Notes: generated from the sequence alone by a model not told the origin. Numbered from the stretch's first letter, positions 11,562 through 24,991 are shown. The stretch: 64,000 nt of DNA from Azolla caroliniana (GCA_043228905.1 JBHGNT010000022.1:12462001-12526000), one strand, 5' to 3'. A program made the numbers and translations.

Positions 11562-14500
11562 TGTTGGGAATAAAGGGTCGTCGTGCCTTTTATTAGTGCA
11601 TGAGTGTGAACGCACTTGTAGCACACTTTTGACTTGTAATACATAATATCTAAAAACCAAAAAAGAGGTACTCTTTGTACCCAAGACAACGTGCATCTCT
11701 TTGTCTCTCACTCAAACTCTCTCCCTCTCTGTTTTTGACCTAAACCGTAATCCTTGTGGTGCCTTCAAACTGGTATCAGAGCTGAGTTTAGGGTTTTCTG
11801 CAGAACATAGTTCAGGGTTTTTGTAGAGCAAAGTTTAGAGTTTTATCCACAGCAGAGTTTAGGGTTTTCTTCATAACAGAGTTTAGAGTTTTTCTGCAAA
11901 GCAAAGTTTAGGGTTTTCTGCAATGTAGGTTTGGTGCTCCGTTTGGGCTAAAAAATCATGACAAGCAGCAGTGAAAGTAGCCACATTATGCACGTCAAGA
12001 AGCTTGAGGGTGCACACAACTTTGCGGTTTGGAAGAAGCACTACTACAACATCCTGTTGCAAAAGAAGCATGCAAAGCCTATAAAAATCAAAGGGGTAAA
12101 GCCTATAGATATGGACCAAGATGATTGGCAAGAGTTGAACGAGCTTGCACGCTCGACTATTGACTTGTCAATCTCTGATGCCTTGCTTTTTAATATCGAA
12201 GGTTTGGACTCTGCCTATTCTATATGGATTAGACTAGAGGAACTGTATGCCCAAACGATGGCAGCTAGCAAAGTTTATTGGCTTAAGAAACTTATGGATT
12301 TGCATATGACAGAGGGCACACCCATGTCAACTCACCTGAGTGAGTTCAATTCCATTTTTCAGCCAACTAGTTGCCTTGAAATTCATCATTGATGATGAGT
12401 TTAAGGCCACGTTTTTACTTTGCACCTTGTCAGAAAGTTGAGATACTTTCAGGACTGCTATGAGCGATGCTTCTTTATGACGATGTAGAGAGTTCCCTAC
12501 TCATGGAAGAGATGAGTCGGCAAAATAATGTATCCAATAAGTCCTCTAGTGAGTTGCATATGAGGGGTAGGTCACAACAAAGAGGCAAATCTGATAGTTA
12601 TGGCCGTAGTAAATCACGTGCTAAAGATGTAGAATGCCATCACTATGGCAAAAAGGGTCACTTTAAACGTGATTGTTTCAAATGGAAGAAAGAGAAAGGA
12701 AAGGGCAAGAAGATAGGTGATTTCATAGAAGAAAAGAGAGACATTCAACCGAGGAAAGGCAATACTAAAATTGAAGAGGTGAATGTAGTCACTCATGATA
12801 GTGATAGTGGAAATGATGTACTCTTTGTTTCGTCATGCCATAGAGAACATGCTTTACTTGTAGATACGGATGGTGACATGCACACTTGGATACTCGATTC
12901 CGGTGCTTCTTTTCACGTCACGCCTCATCGTGAGTGGTTTTCAGATTACACAAGGGGTCGACATGGTATTGTCCATCTTGGGGACAACGATGCATGTGAA
13001 ATTGCAGGTATTGGCACTGTGCAATTACAATTTCAACATGGTTTTGCTTTCACACTTCAGCATGTACGGCATGTACCTCAACTCAAGAAGAGCTTCATTA
13101 GCACAGGACAACTAGATGATGATGGATTTCACACAACCTTTGGTGATGGGAAATGGAAGATTTGTATGGGATCTAGAGTTATTGCCAAGGGTAGTAAAAG
13201 TGATAGTTTGTATCCTCTCCATGTATCTAGTGTGAGTGACCATGTTGTTGCCATAACCGAGCAACCTAGTGTTTCTTTGTGGCATGGTCGACTGGGACAC
13301 ATGAGTGAAATTGGTATGAAAGTGCTTTCTCGTTTGGGTTACTTGCCATGTCTTCGTTATGTTTATTTTGAACATTGTGATCATTGCATTTATGGTAAAC
13401 ACGTACAAACATCTCATAAAAAGTTTCTTTCGTTGAAGTCGTCCCCGTTTGAATTAGTACATTCATATGTATGTCAGATGCCAGGGCTACCATTAGGGGG
13501 AAAGAAATACTTAGTCACTTTTGTCGATGATGCTACACGGAAGGTATGGGTTTACCCTATTCGTAGCAAGGATGAAGTGCTCGACAAGTTTCGAACATTC
13601 ATGGCATTAGTTGAGAATCAAATTGATAAGACACTTAAGTGTCTTCGCTCTGACAATGGTGGGGAATATGTGTCCAAGGCCTTTCAAGCATTTTGTGACA
13701 GCAAAGGGATAAAGAGGGAACTCATTTCCCCTTATAATCCCCCCCAAAATGGAGTTGCAGAGCATATGAATCAGACTATTCAAGATAAGGTCCATACTAT
13801 GTTCTCTCATGCTGCGTTACCCCGTGGTTTTTGGGCAGAGGTTGTTATGACAACTATTCACTTGATTAATTGGTCACCTAACAAGTCTTTGGGAGGGGGA
13901 ATACCCCAAGAAGCGTGGTCGGGCAAGCCACCTTCATATGCTCACTTGAGAGTGTTTGGCTGTGAGAGCGTTTCAATATGGAGGGGGGTTAAACAATTGG
14001 GGTTCCATTGCCTCCATATTTGAAACTTAGTGTAGAAGACAACTCTACATCTAATGATGAGAAGGCTGAAATGGCTAAGGTTCCATATGCTTCTGTTGTT
14101 GGCAGTTTGATATATGCGATGGTTGCTACACACCCTGATATTGCCTTTGCAGTGGGAGTGGTTAGTAGGTACATGGCAAATCCTGGCAAAAAGCATTGGG
14201 AAGCGGTGAAAGGTATTATGAGATACCTCAAAGGCACAAAGGACTTGGGCATTTGCTTTGGATAGCAAAAGGCATCTATTGTTGGTTTTACGGATGCGGA
14301 CTATGTTGGTCATGCAGATTGCAAGAAGTTTACTTTTGGGTATGTGTTTACTTTCACAGGAGGAGCGGTCTCTTGGATCTCCAGACTAAAAAAAGTGTGT
14401 TGCATTGTTTACTACAGAGGCAGAGTATGTTGATGCCACTGAGGCATGCAAAGAGGCTTTATGGCTTTCATATCTAGTGAGAGATCTTGGCATTACAGAG

Positions 14501-15031
14501 TTACCTATTCTTCATTGTGACAGCCATAGTGCTATCATGCTAGCTCGGAATCCCGTCTTTCATGCAAAGATGAAGCACATACAGTTGAAGTATCACTTCA
14601 TCAGAGATGTACTTGACAGCTGGAACATTGAGCTTGTCAAAGTACATACAAATAATAATCCTGTAGATCTTCTCATGAAGAGTCTTCCAACTGAGTGATT
14701 TGCTCATTGCCGACAGATGATGGGAGTTGGATAGATGTATGTAGTTGAGCTTTGTACATTCTTGAACTTAGTTGACTTTTTTTTTCTTCCTTCTCACGAC
14801 ACATTGCCTTTAGGTGGGAGGTTGTTGGGAATAAAGGGCCATCGTGCCTTTTATTAGTTCACGAGTGTGAACACACTCGTAGCACACTTTTGACTTGTAT
14901 ATACATAATATCTAAAAACCAAAAAAGTGGTACACTCTTTGTACCTAAGACAACGTGGATCTCTTTGTCTCTCCCTCAGACTCTCTCCCTCTCTGTTTTT
15001 GACCTAAACCCTAATCCTTGTGCTGCCTTCA
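11562..15031 (+). mobile_element. Ty1/copia (Tnt1/Tork-like) element with short LTRs and an internal deletion of most of RT
   Basis: LTRs 11562-11767 and 14823-15031, TSD CAAAG, PBS TGGTATCAGAGC (11771-11782), PPT AGGTGGGAG. Gag 11958-12392; 12467-13965 has zinc knuckle, WILDSGASFH and LRSDNGGEY, then jumps to late RT KVPYASVVGSL and RNase H TEAEY. Confidence 0.92.
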
Positions 15032-16444
15032 CAAAGTCTTGTCGAACGGGAAACAGAGAGAAAGATCAAGTGCATGCGGTTGGTTGGCGGAAAATAATAC
15101 TTTTCCAGCCAATTCAACAATTATTTGCAGCAGAAAGGAATTCAGAGGGAATTTAGTTGTAGAGCACTTCCGAACATAACAACGTAACCGAGAGGAATAA
15201 CCGATCGAGTGTGGAGGCGACACAAGCGATGTTGGAAGAGATGAGCATGCCCAAGTTCTATTGGGCCGAAGCGGTTCGGGCGACCATCTACATCCAAAAC
15301 CGGATCGGGGATAATGTGTCAGCACACGAGCTGTATTTCGGTCGTAAGCCGAACTTAAGGCACCTTAGGATATTCAGTAGCATAGCGTATGTGCATGTAT
15401 CGGATGAGAAGTGGAGAAAGTTGGACCCGAAGTCAGAGATATGCATATTGGTTTGCTACTCACACGAATAGAAGGGTTATAAGTGTTATAACCCCGAACA
15501 AAACAAGTTCGAGTAAAGTGAGATGTTGAATTCGATGAGTTGGCATCATGGTACTCCTTACCGACTCCGACCCAATTTCGAAAGATGAGGCCAGTGAGCC
15601 CGAAACAATCCGGGCAGAAGAATAAGAAGAGTTCAATACTCTAGATGAGAGTTCGATCTCATTCCGGATGAGCGGGCCGCATGAAGAGCTGAGTCGGAAA
15701 GACGAGCAGGATGATGAGCCGGTGAGTAGTGGAGACTCGGTCGTGCTTTCCCCGGGTATGAGGAGATGGTTCACATGCAAAGAGAAGGGGAAGAAGAAGA
15801 TGTCGAAGTACAACATCGACAGAGAAGAGTCAGATCAAAGCGAGTCTGACTCCGAAAGGAATGAAGATGGACCTCAGAGGCGAAGTCTGAGTCGGCTAAG
15901 AGGGCCTTGAAATCGGCAACCAAGAAGTTACGCCGATCGATCCGCCAAAAGAACCCCTTAAAACGGTACGGTTAAAATGAGTACATCACGCATCACTATG
16001 TGTACATGACGAAAGTGGCGGAAGTGCGTGAGCCGGAGAGCTACACAGAAGCGGCAAAGGACGCACATTGGTGTGCCGCGATGGAGGAAGAAATGGGGGC
16101 ACTTGATGCCAACGACACATGGGACCTGGTTGACTCTGGAAGTTCGTCGATTAAGGAAGTTTTAATGTTTTAGTTTGTGGCAGTTTGATTTGTTATTCCA
16201 AGTTTTAAGTTTCAAGTTCAGAGTGATTAGAAGGTTTTGGTGGAAATGATATATTTGGTTGGGCGACTTGCAACGGTCAGAGTTGGGCGACCTCTGACAA
16301 CTTCTTTTTTTCCGCACGTTCTTTTTTATCCAAATGGGGCGGTGCAGATTGCATGCGCCATCAGCTGAGCGACCTGCACCGTCTGTGGCCGCGATTCCCT
16401 CGCCAACCCTATTTATGATTTGGTAGCAGATAGACACGAGCATG

Positions 16445-16570
16445 CATGCATGTTATGCTATGATATATTATGCTATGTATGTATGCTATGTTATGTTATT
16501 CTATGTTATATTATGCTATGTATGTATGTTATGTATCATGTATGTTATGTTATGTTATGTTATGTATGTA
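16445..16570. repeat. (TATGT/TATGC)n pentamer microsatellite upstream of the carrier gene
   Basis: Directly visible. Confidence 0.85.
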
Positions 16571-16694
16571 GTAAGTAGTTTTCTCACGTTTCAAACCCAA
16601 ATAATCAAAAAAGAGACAAAAGATCGATCGATCGAACGACAGACAGAAGAAGACGCGCTTCTTCTTCTTCTTCTTCTTCTTCTGCAATCGAGCT

Positions 16695-19600
16695 ATGGCG
16701 ACCACCGTATCTGCAGAGATCGGGTGGGACAAGTATGTTTTCTTTCCTCTTGTGATCCGCGTACAATGTTGAGTGGCATTTGTTTCCTTCTTTTCATGCT
16801 TCAAGTATGTTGTCTTTCTTCTCATGATCCTCGAATAATGTTGAACGGCATTTGTTTCCTTCCTTCGATCTTTCATTCTTTTTGTCATCGAGCCTATGAA
16901 TGTGCACAACAAATTGAAAAAGATTGATCAATTTCGTATGGAAATGCATGACATTCCTTCTTGTCCTTGATCAATCGGGTCAATGCGATCCATCTATGAG
17001 TCTGCAAACAAATGGAAAAGCTCCCTGTCTCTCTCTCATCATTTTTACTATCGTTCTTGTTCTCGTGATCTTTTCTTATTAAATTAATCCATTTATTTTC
17101 TTTGGATTGGTGAGGAAAGCAGAAAAGGTTCATCGTCATTTTCAGGCTTGGTATGACCAAATCAGAGTTGACCTCTTTTGAATTTCAGCGTCGTTTTTGT
17201 CATCATTTTCAGGATCCTCAAGATGAAATTCTATGTTGTCAAGTCTGATCTATTGAATTTCGTAATCATTTTATTATTATTTTCACCATCATCGTTTTCA
17301 GGCTTGACAAGACAAAATTCTATGTTGTTGGAGCTGGCCTCTTCTCTGGTGTTTCAACGCTTCTTTATCCTATTTCAGTAGTAAAAACTCGGATGCAAGT
17401 TACCACAAAAGGTCAAGGGAATCTCTCTGCTCCTTCGGTATTCAGGAGTATCGTAAGACAAGATGGGTTTATAGGTCTGTACAGAGGCTATGCTACGGTT
17501 GTTGTTGGAGCTATTCCCACAAGGATGGTTCTTCTTACAACTCTGGAAACTACCAAGTTAGCAGTTTCAAAACTCACCAATAAATTAGAGATATCGGAAC
17601 CTGCGAAGGCGGCCATCACCAATGGGATTGCTGGTTTGGTCTCCTCATTCCTTTCTCAGGCAGTCTTTGTGCCTTTAGATGTGGTATGCAAGTTTTTTAT
17701 ATTTACTGCATTTTTTTGGTTCAATCACTTGTAATCTTAGATGTGGTATGTAAGATTTTCTACACTGAATTTTCTTAGATGTGATATGTAAGATTGCAAC
17801 GGTTAACTATTCATAATCTTAGATGTGGTGTATTATTTTGTCTCTAGTATGGTATGTAAGACTTACTATGATGCATTGTTTTAGTTGAATGTCTCATATT
17901 CTTTGACGTGGTGTGCAAAATCTCTCTTTCAAGTCATTTTTTGTCAATATATGACTTAGGCTGTATTTTAAACAATAAATTTTCTGGTCATTGTGGATGT
18001 TGCTGGTTCATCATTGATCTGAAAACTTCTATTTTACTCACTAATTAGTAGAGTTCCCTTTGTGTTGTACACAAAAAATAAAAACCAATTATGGGAATAT
18101 ACTAGAATTTATAGGAGTTTAGGAGAAAATGTCCCTTGGATTGAAGGAGTACAAAATTCTGAGACAATGCCAGAAGTTTATATGAATTTAGTAAAATTTT
18201 TAAATATTTTTGTCAACCTTTCTCTACTCTGCAACTTCGAAAACTTGACAGGCATTTAGTCAATGAGGTGAGGCTGCCTTTTTCGTAACATATAATCACC
18301 ATGCAATCTGTGTGTTTGTGTTTTAATGGCCTCTGATTTTTGCTTTGTGATAGATGTCATCTTGAGTCATTTTGTTTGGAAAATTTTCCATACTTCTCCT
18401 GAGCATATGGAGGTTCACACTTGGTCCAATATTTTAGGAACCTTGGATCTTTTTTTTTTCTTTGTTTATAGGTGTTACTCTGGTATAATGTAATTTGTTT
18501 TCGCGTAAACATTTTGAGGCTCTTCACAAGAATCGGCACCCAAAGTAGTTGTTTGTCAACATTACAGAGGAATCATGTTCTTTTGGTGAAGGAAAATCCC
18601 ATCATGTACCTTGCATTTGTTTAGTATTCAATTTCCAGATTCAAGGTGGTGCCAAAATAGGGATGACTTCTATTTGATGTATCTTATGCTGATTATATTT
18701 GACAATCTCTCTTGATTTGCTATTTATGGTATGATAGTCTTCTGAACAATTTTGTTTATGAAATGCTGTACAGATGTATTTGACGTGCAATGATGATAGT
18801 TTCCTTCTATATCCTTGGCTTTCTTTGTATTTCTTTTTCAGGCATTGGAAAGAAGCAAGCTTATTACTTCCTGGCATGTTTTTGTAGGTTAGTCAACGAC
18901 TAATGATACAAGGCACACCAGAAGCTACAAAGTACTCTGGGGGAATCGATGCTGTGAGAAAGATCTTGAAGGTGGATGGAGTTCGGGGACTTTATAGAGG
19001 GTTTGGAATGTCTGTCATGACATATTCACCATCTAGTGCCATATGGTGGGGTTCCTATGGGGCTAGCCAGAGACTGATATGGAAGTAAGTCCAACAGGCA
19101 ACCAACATAATTGATTTAAAATAACATACAGAAACACTGTTGTCATCATCAATTGGAAATGGAAATGGGTTGGATGAGTTTCCAAGTTTTCAAAACTAGG
19201 TGATGGGTTGAAACTATATTGTTTTGAGATTCATATTCAGATAAACTTATCGTCATTCGCCTGATAAGATACATGCAAAACACACTAATTGCAAGCATGA
19301 ATACAAGATTGAAAGATATAAGATAAAAGTCACTATTCATGATGACAATGAAGAAGATAAGAATAGAAACATCAATATCTACATGGCGTGTCATATATGC
19401 TAATTCTTGGATGACACAAAGAAATTGGCAGACACAAACCTCCAAAAGCCAATTTGCACCTCCATGAGTTTGTTGTTAAGACTTGATGATATGTTTTCAT
19501 ATATTAGGGCTCATGATGTGCTTTCCATTACATTGATCTATTCTTTGAAGTTTTTGTATCTCTGTTAATATTGCTACATCTTCATTTTTCGTTGATCCCT

Positions 19601-21495
19601 TCTTCTGATGGCAGCACCAGATTTGCCTGCAGATTGATTATTCTGTTTTTGCTCCAATCTCAATGAAATGGTCTGTTGCCATTTGGAATGTTTTTGAGTC
19701 ACCAACTTTAAATTGTTTGGTGGGGAAACTTTAGGTAAGTTGGTTGTTGATTGATGTTTACATCCTCTGGAAGTTCTGCATGCCTGTTTCATAGTTCCAT
19801 TGCCAAATTTATTATTCCGATCTTACTAGTGAAGTTGCATTTGTATAGAAGAGATGGGCCTTGTGTTTGAAGCATAAAGTTGCATGTCATGATAACTTGA
19901 AGCCTATTAACACGATATTTGGAAAGCTTCACATCCATAGCCTATGTAGATTGTGAAGATTTTAGACAATGCCTTGGAAGATGAAGATATGTTGTTGGCT
20001 ATGCCTTGGCTTTATAGACTTCATGTATTGATAGATTACCCTTTCATAAAAGGACAGACTCTGTACTGGATGTAAACTTTGAGGGAACTTTGTGTTGGGA
20101 ATAAAGGGCCATCGTGCCTTTTATTAGTGCACGAGTGTGAATGCACTTGTAGCATATTTTTGACTTGTATGTACATAATATCTAAAAACCAAAAAAGTGG
20201 TACACTCTTTGTACCTAAGACAGCGTGCATCTCTCTCTCTCTCCCTTTGTCTCTCACTCAGACTCTCTCCCTCTCTGGTTGACGTAAACCCTAATCCTCG
20301 TGCTGCCCTTCACTTTGTTCCTCTTATTTCTGCTTTTTCTGTTTCTAATGTAATGAATGAAAATTCATCTTTTTGTTTACTTGGTTTTTGTGAAGGATGG
20401 TAATGCATATGAAGATAGATATAATTTATCTGCATTAGACAAAGTCATTATGACATTCATGAATGCTTTCTGCAATTGTTTTTTTGAATTCGCAACCTTG
20501 TAAAAGGCACGAGGACTATCCAATTTATTTGATGGCAGGGTGTTGTCATCCCAAAAGGCCACCTTACCAGCTAAATGAGCTTTCAGTCCATAATGTCTTC
20601 TTATAAATCTACGGTACCTTTACTGCAGAAAAAAGATAGTTCTTCGCACATGTGTATTGATTACCATGCATTGAACAAGAACACAATTTTTGTCTAATCC
20701 AAGAATATTAGGAAGGTTGGAATAGGTGGGGATGTGTAATGTCTATTATATGCTGTATAAAAGCAATGCTCTTATGTTATGCTTTACCGTGTTGTCTTCT
20801 GCAATATTTTGCAGAGCTTTGGGGTATGACTGGGCTAAAGCTGATCAAGAGAAACCTAAACAATGGCAAGTTGTATCCGTTCAAGCTGGTGGAGGAGTTA
20901 CAGCTGGTGCAATATCATCTATACTAACCACTCCATTGGATACTATCAAAACTCGGCTTCAAGTAAAATGTTTTATTGGAAAACAGCAAAATACCCCTAA
21001 TTGTTGGATATTTACCAGCCCAATTGGTTTCTAAAAATTACTAAAATACTGCACAGGAGTCTTTTGGTAATTTTTGAAAACAGAAGGGTATTCTGGTAAA
21101 TACCCAAAACGTTAAAGATATTTTTTATCTTTTCAAAGCTTTATTATGTTTGTCTGAACCATATAATGGAACAGCTTTATTTGTTAAGGAACTGTAAACT
21201 CTTGACAGTATTGGTCTTTTGCATCAGGTTATTGAAACCACCAAGAAACCCACTATATCTTCAACTGTAAGAACACTTTTGAATGAAGATGGTCCGGCAG
21301 GGCTGTATAGAGGACTTGGGCCCCGATTTTTTAGCATATCTGCATGGGGTACATGTATGATTGTGTCATATGAGTTTCTAAGTGAGTGACTTTACTCTTA
21401 CTTTGCTATTTTTCTAGTTACAAATCCAAACCATTTGCCATTGTTGAGTTATTTTGTTTGTGACAGAACGGTTGGCGACAAAACAAGAGACTTGA
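16695..21495 (+). CDS. SLC25A44: Mitochondrial substrate carrier, SLC25A44-type (~315 aa)
   Basis: GT-AG exons 16695-16732, 17302-17683, 18888-19084, 20815-20962, 21228-21381 and 21467-21495 total 948 nt in frame. N-terminus EIGWDKLDKTKFY; carrier motifs PISVVKTRMQ, PLDVVSQRL, PLDTIKTRLQ and three GLYRG repeats. Confidence 0.92.
19900..20720 (+). mobile_element. Highly degenerate Ty3/gypsy protease/RT remnant in a carrier intron
   Basis: ~20630-20685 reads KKDSSSHMCIDYHALNKNT (RT motif); an LLAMPWL-like protease tail lies near 19990. Boundaries are approximate. Confidence 0.55.
20093..20312 (+). mobile_element. Solo LTR of the 11562-15031 copia family
   Basis: Closely matches LTR 14823-15031; TG...CA termini; perfect TSD CTTTG. 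Confidence 0.93.
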
Positions 21496-22899
21496 CATCA
21501 GTAGACAGGAATACTATTTTATTTTTCATATTCTTTCATAGAAATTCTTGTATTGCAAAGTTGTAGCTGGTTAAAGGCAAGATTGTATGAAGCAAAAGCT
21601 CACACACATTGATACAAAGGAATGTACTATACGAATTTTGAACAAGTATTTTATTCTTTTGACCTTAGAAGGGTCACATATAATTCGACTCCTCTAATGA
21701 TAATGGTGAAGGTAATCACTGTTCTTCATTTTTTACAAAGCCTAATAGGGTTTAGGGGTTTCTTCTGGCATTGGCTTAATTATCTTTGTTTGTTGCAGGT
21801 TATTTCAATGTTCATGAAATCATTGTGAATGGGAAAAGATTCAGCTCCACAATCACCAATAAAATATATGATTGAAGATGGACCATTTTACTAACCGCAT
21901 TAACTACTGATGCAGTTTGATTGTAATATTTTATGTTTTATTTCACCTTGCTTTTGGAGTGTAAATATGTTTAATGCTACCATTTCTTCTCTGTATGTTT
22001 TAAATAATGCATAATTTGATCAGCTTATTGAACCTCGTATATGTTAACTATCTACCATCAATGTACGTCCTTGGTGATCAAAATTGTCTTGCTACATATA
22101 AGATGAAGTACTTTTGACTTGCTCTTCATTATACTGTATTGGTAAAAACTCCGAAATACCCTCCAGTTTTTACCCTCTATGTAAGGACATTTTATAGAAG
22201 TAATGAAAACGTAAGGAAGGACATTTAGGGAAATAATGAAAGACTCAGGTAATTCTTCGTTATATATTTATAGTACGCCCCTCACTAGTCTGATCAGATC
22301 ATTTTGTCATGCTTTTAGGTTTCTCTATTGTGATTATATGAATAGTCGAGAACCAATTGGATGTGCCTCCTACAAAGAAAACCATCATATGCTGGGATTG
22401 TTGAAAAGGTATGATTTCTAGAAAGGTCGTGACTTGTGGTAGGTCAAAATGCATGTATATAAATGTAGAACTCGCAATATCTTTCATGGAAGATCTTTTG
22501 TGGATTCCTACTGCTCCAGGGGATGTGCTGATTCATATAGAAGGGTTCTCTATACCTTTTCTTGAACTCATCAGTCAATACATGTAGGGTATGTGATTAT
22601 GTTTTTATGCACTCTTAAAATAGGTAATGTGGTGACACTTGAGGTTACGTTCACATGCATTCAGGTTGCTAGCCAGGCCGATGAGTGTTTTAGAAACCCA
22701 AACAAACTTGATTTGCTGTTCTAAGTTTGAGACTTTTCTTCTCATCTTTTTTTTAGGAATACAGATAATTTTGGATATATGTACCCACAAAAAACAAAAC
22801 AAAAAATACAAAATATTGGTAGTCGAAAGCACCCAAAATAAATTTGAAATGTTTGTAAAATTATGAACCTCGAATATGCCTTTTGATTGATAATTGAAA

Positions 22900-24885
22900 T
22901 GAGGTGATATGTGTCCCCAAATGGTTGTAGAATTGGCTCATAACATCCATAGATTGTGCCATCCCCTTAGAATGAGCTTATGGGAATGCTTTATGGCAAA
23001 TCACTAGATCCAAGGCATGGTAGAAGAAAAGAATTATTATTAAACCTTGGAATTCAAGTTTCTTGCCTAAAGAAATGTGGTATTCTTGTAGAGATGCTTA
23101 TGTGGTTATACTTCCAATAGGATCTTACCCATAGAAACGAGGAATAAGTGTTTGCTTCTTGCACACTCTTTTGCATTTCAAGGAAAAACATGGAAGAGAG
23201 TCGACTACAAGTCAAAACACTTTATTGTTTTATTGATTTCAAGAAAACTTTTGATGCCGTACCACGAAGTGAGCTTTGGAATAGAATGGTAGAGATTGAC
23301 ATGCCATTAGAGTATTGAGTTGTTGTTGCATGCCTAGAATAAGTTAAATGCCAACTAAAACTGGATAGTGGATTCTCAAAGCACTTTGTAAGTAACATGG
23401 GGGTCAAGGAAGGATGTCCACTATCACCCACACTCTTTAGCTTATGTATTAATAATAAATTAGAAGTGGTGAATAAGGTTGCAAGAGAAGAAGGATTGAA
23501 TGCCCCCAAATTGATGCAACATGTTATCTTATTGATTGTATGTGCAAATGATGTGGTACTCTTCTCATATGATGTTGATAGTATGAAACATTTACTTGGG
23601 GTATTAGAAGAATTTTGTCATAATAGTGGACTAACAGTGAATGTGGAGAAAACAAAAATGATGGTAATGCAAACCATCCAACCTCATCATTACCCTATGC
23701 TCACATATAGAGGTGAACCTATACAATTTGTTCAAAGCTTTAAATATCTTGGTATTTATGTACTCACCACAAATAAATGGAGTGCATGCTTTGATTCTAG
23801 GATCCAAGCTTGTTGGAAAATCATATTACCTTTTGGAGAACCAATGTAACCAAAGTGATACTTGTGGACGGGAAGTAAAACTAATGTTCAATGCCATGGT
23901 AACTCAAGTATTGCTTTATGGAGTAGAAGTATGGGGTGACACCATCTCTCTTAATGCATGGAATGAGATTGAGAAAATCAAAAGATGTTTTTAAGGAGGC
24001 AATTAGGAGTTAAATGCACTACCTCTTACCAGGTTATGCTCTTGAAAACAGGTGTTCAACCCATAGAAATATTGGCACTCCAAAGAGTATATAAATACAT
24101 TAAAAAAGTCAAGAATATGATGAATCATCGATTACCACATCTTACTTGGAATGTTGGATGTAAACTACAAAAGAATTATAAGAGTAAGATTCTCTCATCC
24201 AATTGGGTTGTTGACATAAGGAAATGGTTTAGAAGGTGAGGTGTAGATGACCTTTTAGAGCTTTTGGGCGATGTTATGCATTATGTAATGATTGAGGAAG
24301 GTTGGTGGAATCATTAAGGATGAAGTGGGAAGATGCTAAGAGGACAAAGCTAGAATACTACATTGCAAATGTCAACCTTGAATATTGGTCTCAATATAAA
24401 GCAAGAATGCCTATTGATCGTATCCAACCTTATCTCATTACCAATATGAGTAGTAATGCTCGTAGAGCCCTTATTGTCACGGATGAACATGAAACTTACA
24501 CTACTTCGCACTCGATCTCACAATTTAGGTATTGAAGTTGCATCATGGTATCAAAATGTAATGAATTTGAAGACATGTAAAGTATGCAATGAAGGCATGG
24601 TAGAGGATAAATGTCACTTGCTCTTCACATCCTCGACATATAGTGCAATTCGTTCAAGATATGCTGACATAATAAGAGGGAGTGATAACTTAAGTGCCAT
24701 ACTTAAGACACCACCTAGAAGGTTGAGCTCATATGTGTATGCTTTATTCACACATTGAGGCTTTGTGCTTCAATGTATGAATATCCTTTCTTAGGAAGGA
24801 GACACATATCAAGAACACATGTATACTCTGGTCCCATAGGTCAAAATTGGCCTCTTTATGGATGATAAAATTCTAATTCTAATTC
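22900..24885 (+). mobile_element. 5'-truncated degenerate LINE (RT plus C-terminal zinc finger, RTEX-like)
   Basis: CFIDFKKTFDAVPR, GVKEGCPLSPTLF, CANDVVL (YADD position), NVEKTK, FKYLG, RTRSHNLGIE and CKVC...EDKCHLLF; 3' tail of (AATTCT)n. Confidence 0.8.
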
Positions 24886-24991
24886 TCTCTCTCTCTCTAG
24901 AGCTGAGTTCACTTTATCCCCGATGTTAGTGGAATCACTTTTTTAACTTGTCGTTATTCATAGGATACATAGTATTAGAGATATGATCTAA

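Larger units (their letters stand above)
8173..16135 (+). mobile_element. Degenerate Ty1/copia element (5' LTR 8173-8594, PBS 8595-8606, gag-protease-integrase, truncated at the start of RT) with two nested insertions
   Basis: TG...CA LTR followed by TGGTATCTGAGC (tRNA-iMet PBS variant). Fragments include YVNSGASNHMT, IHSDVWG, FWAEAV-like and RKLDPKSE, with many stops and frameshifts. Confidence 0.85.
4337..16409. mobile_element. Mutator-like DNA transposon (MULE) filled with nested retroelements; no transposase recognised
   Basis: TIRs 4337-4416 and 16330-16409 start with GGG and match at 62/80 positions ungapped. 9-bp TSD TATTTAAGA (4328-4336) / TATTTATGA (16410-16418). Confidence 0.85.

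Noticed and set aside
16442-16927. 161-aa ORF
   Set aside because: Made of microsatellites, UTR and intron of the carrier gene.
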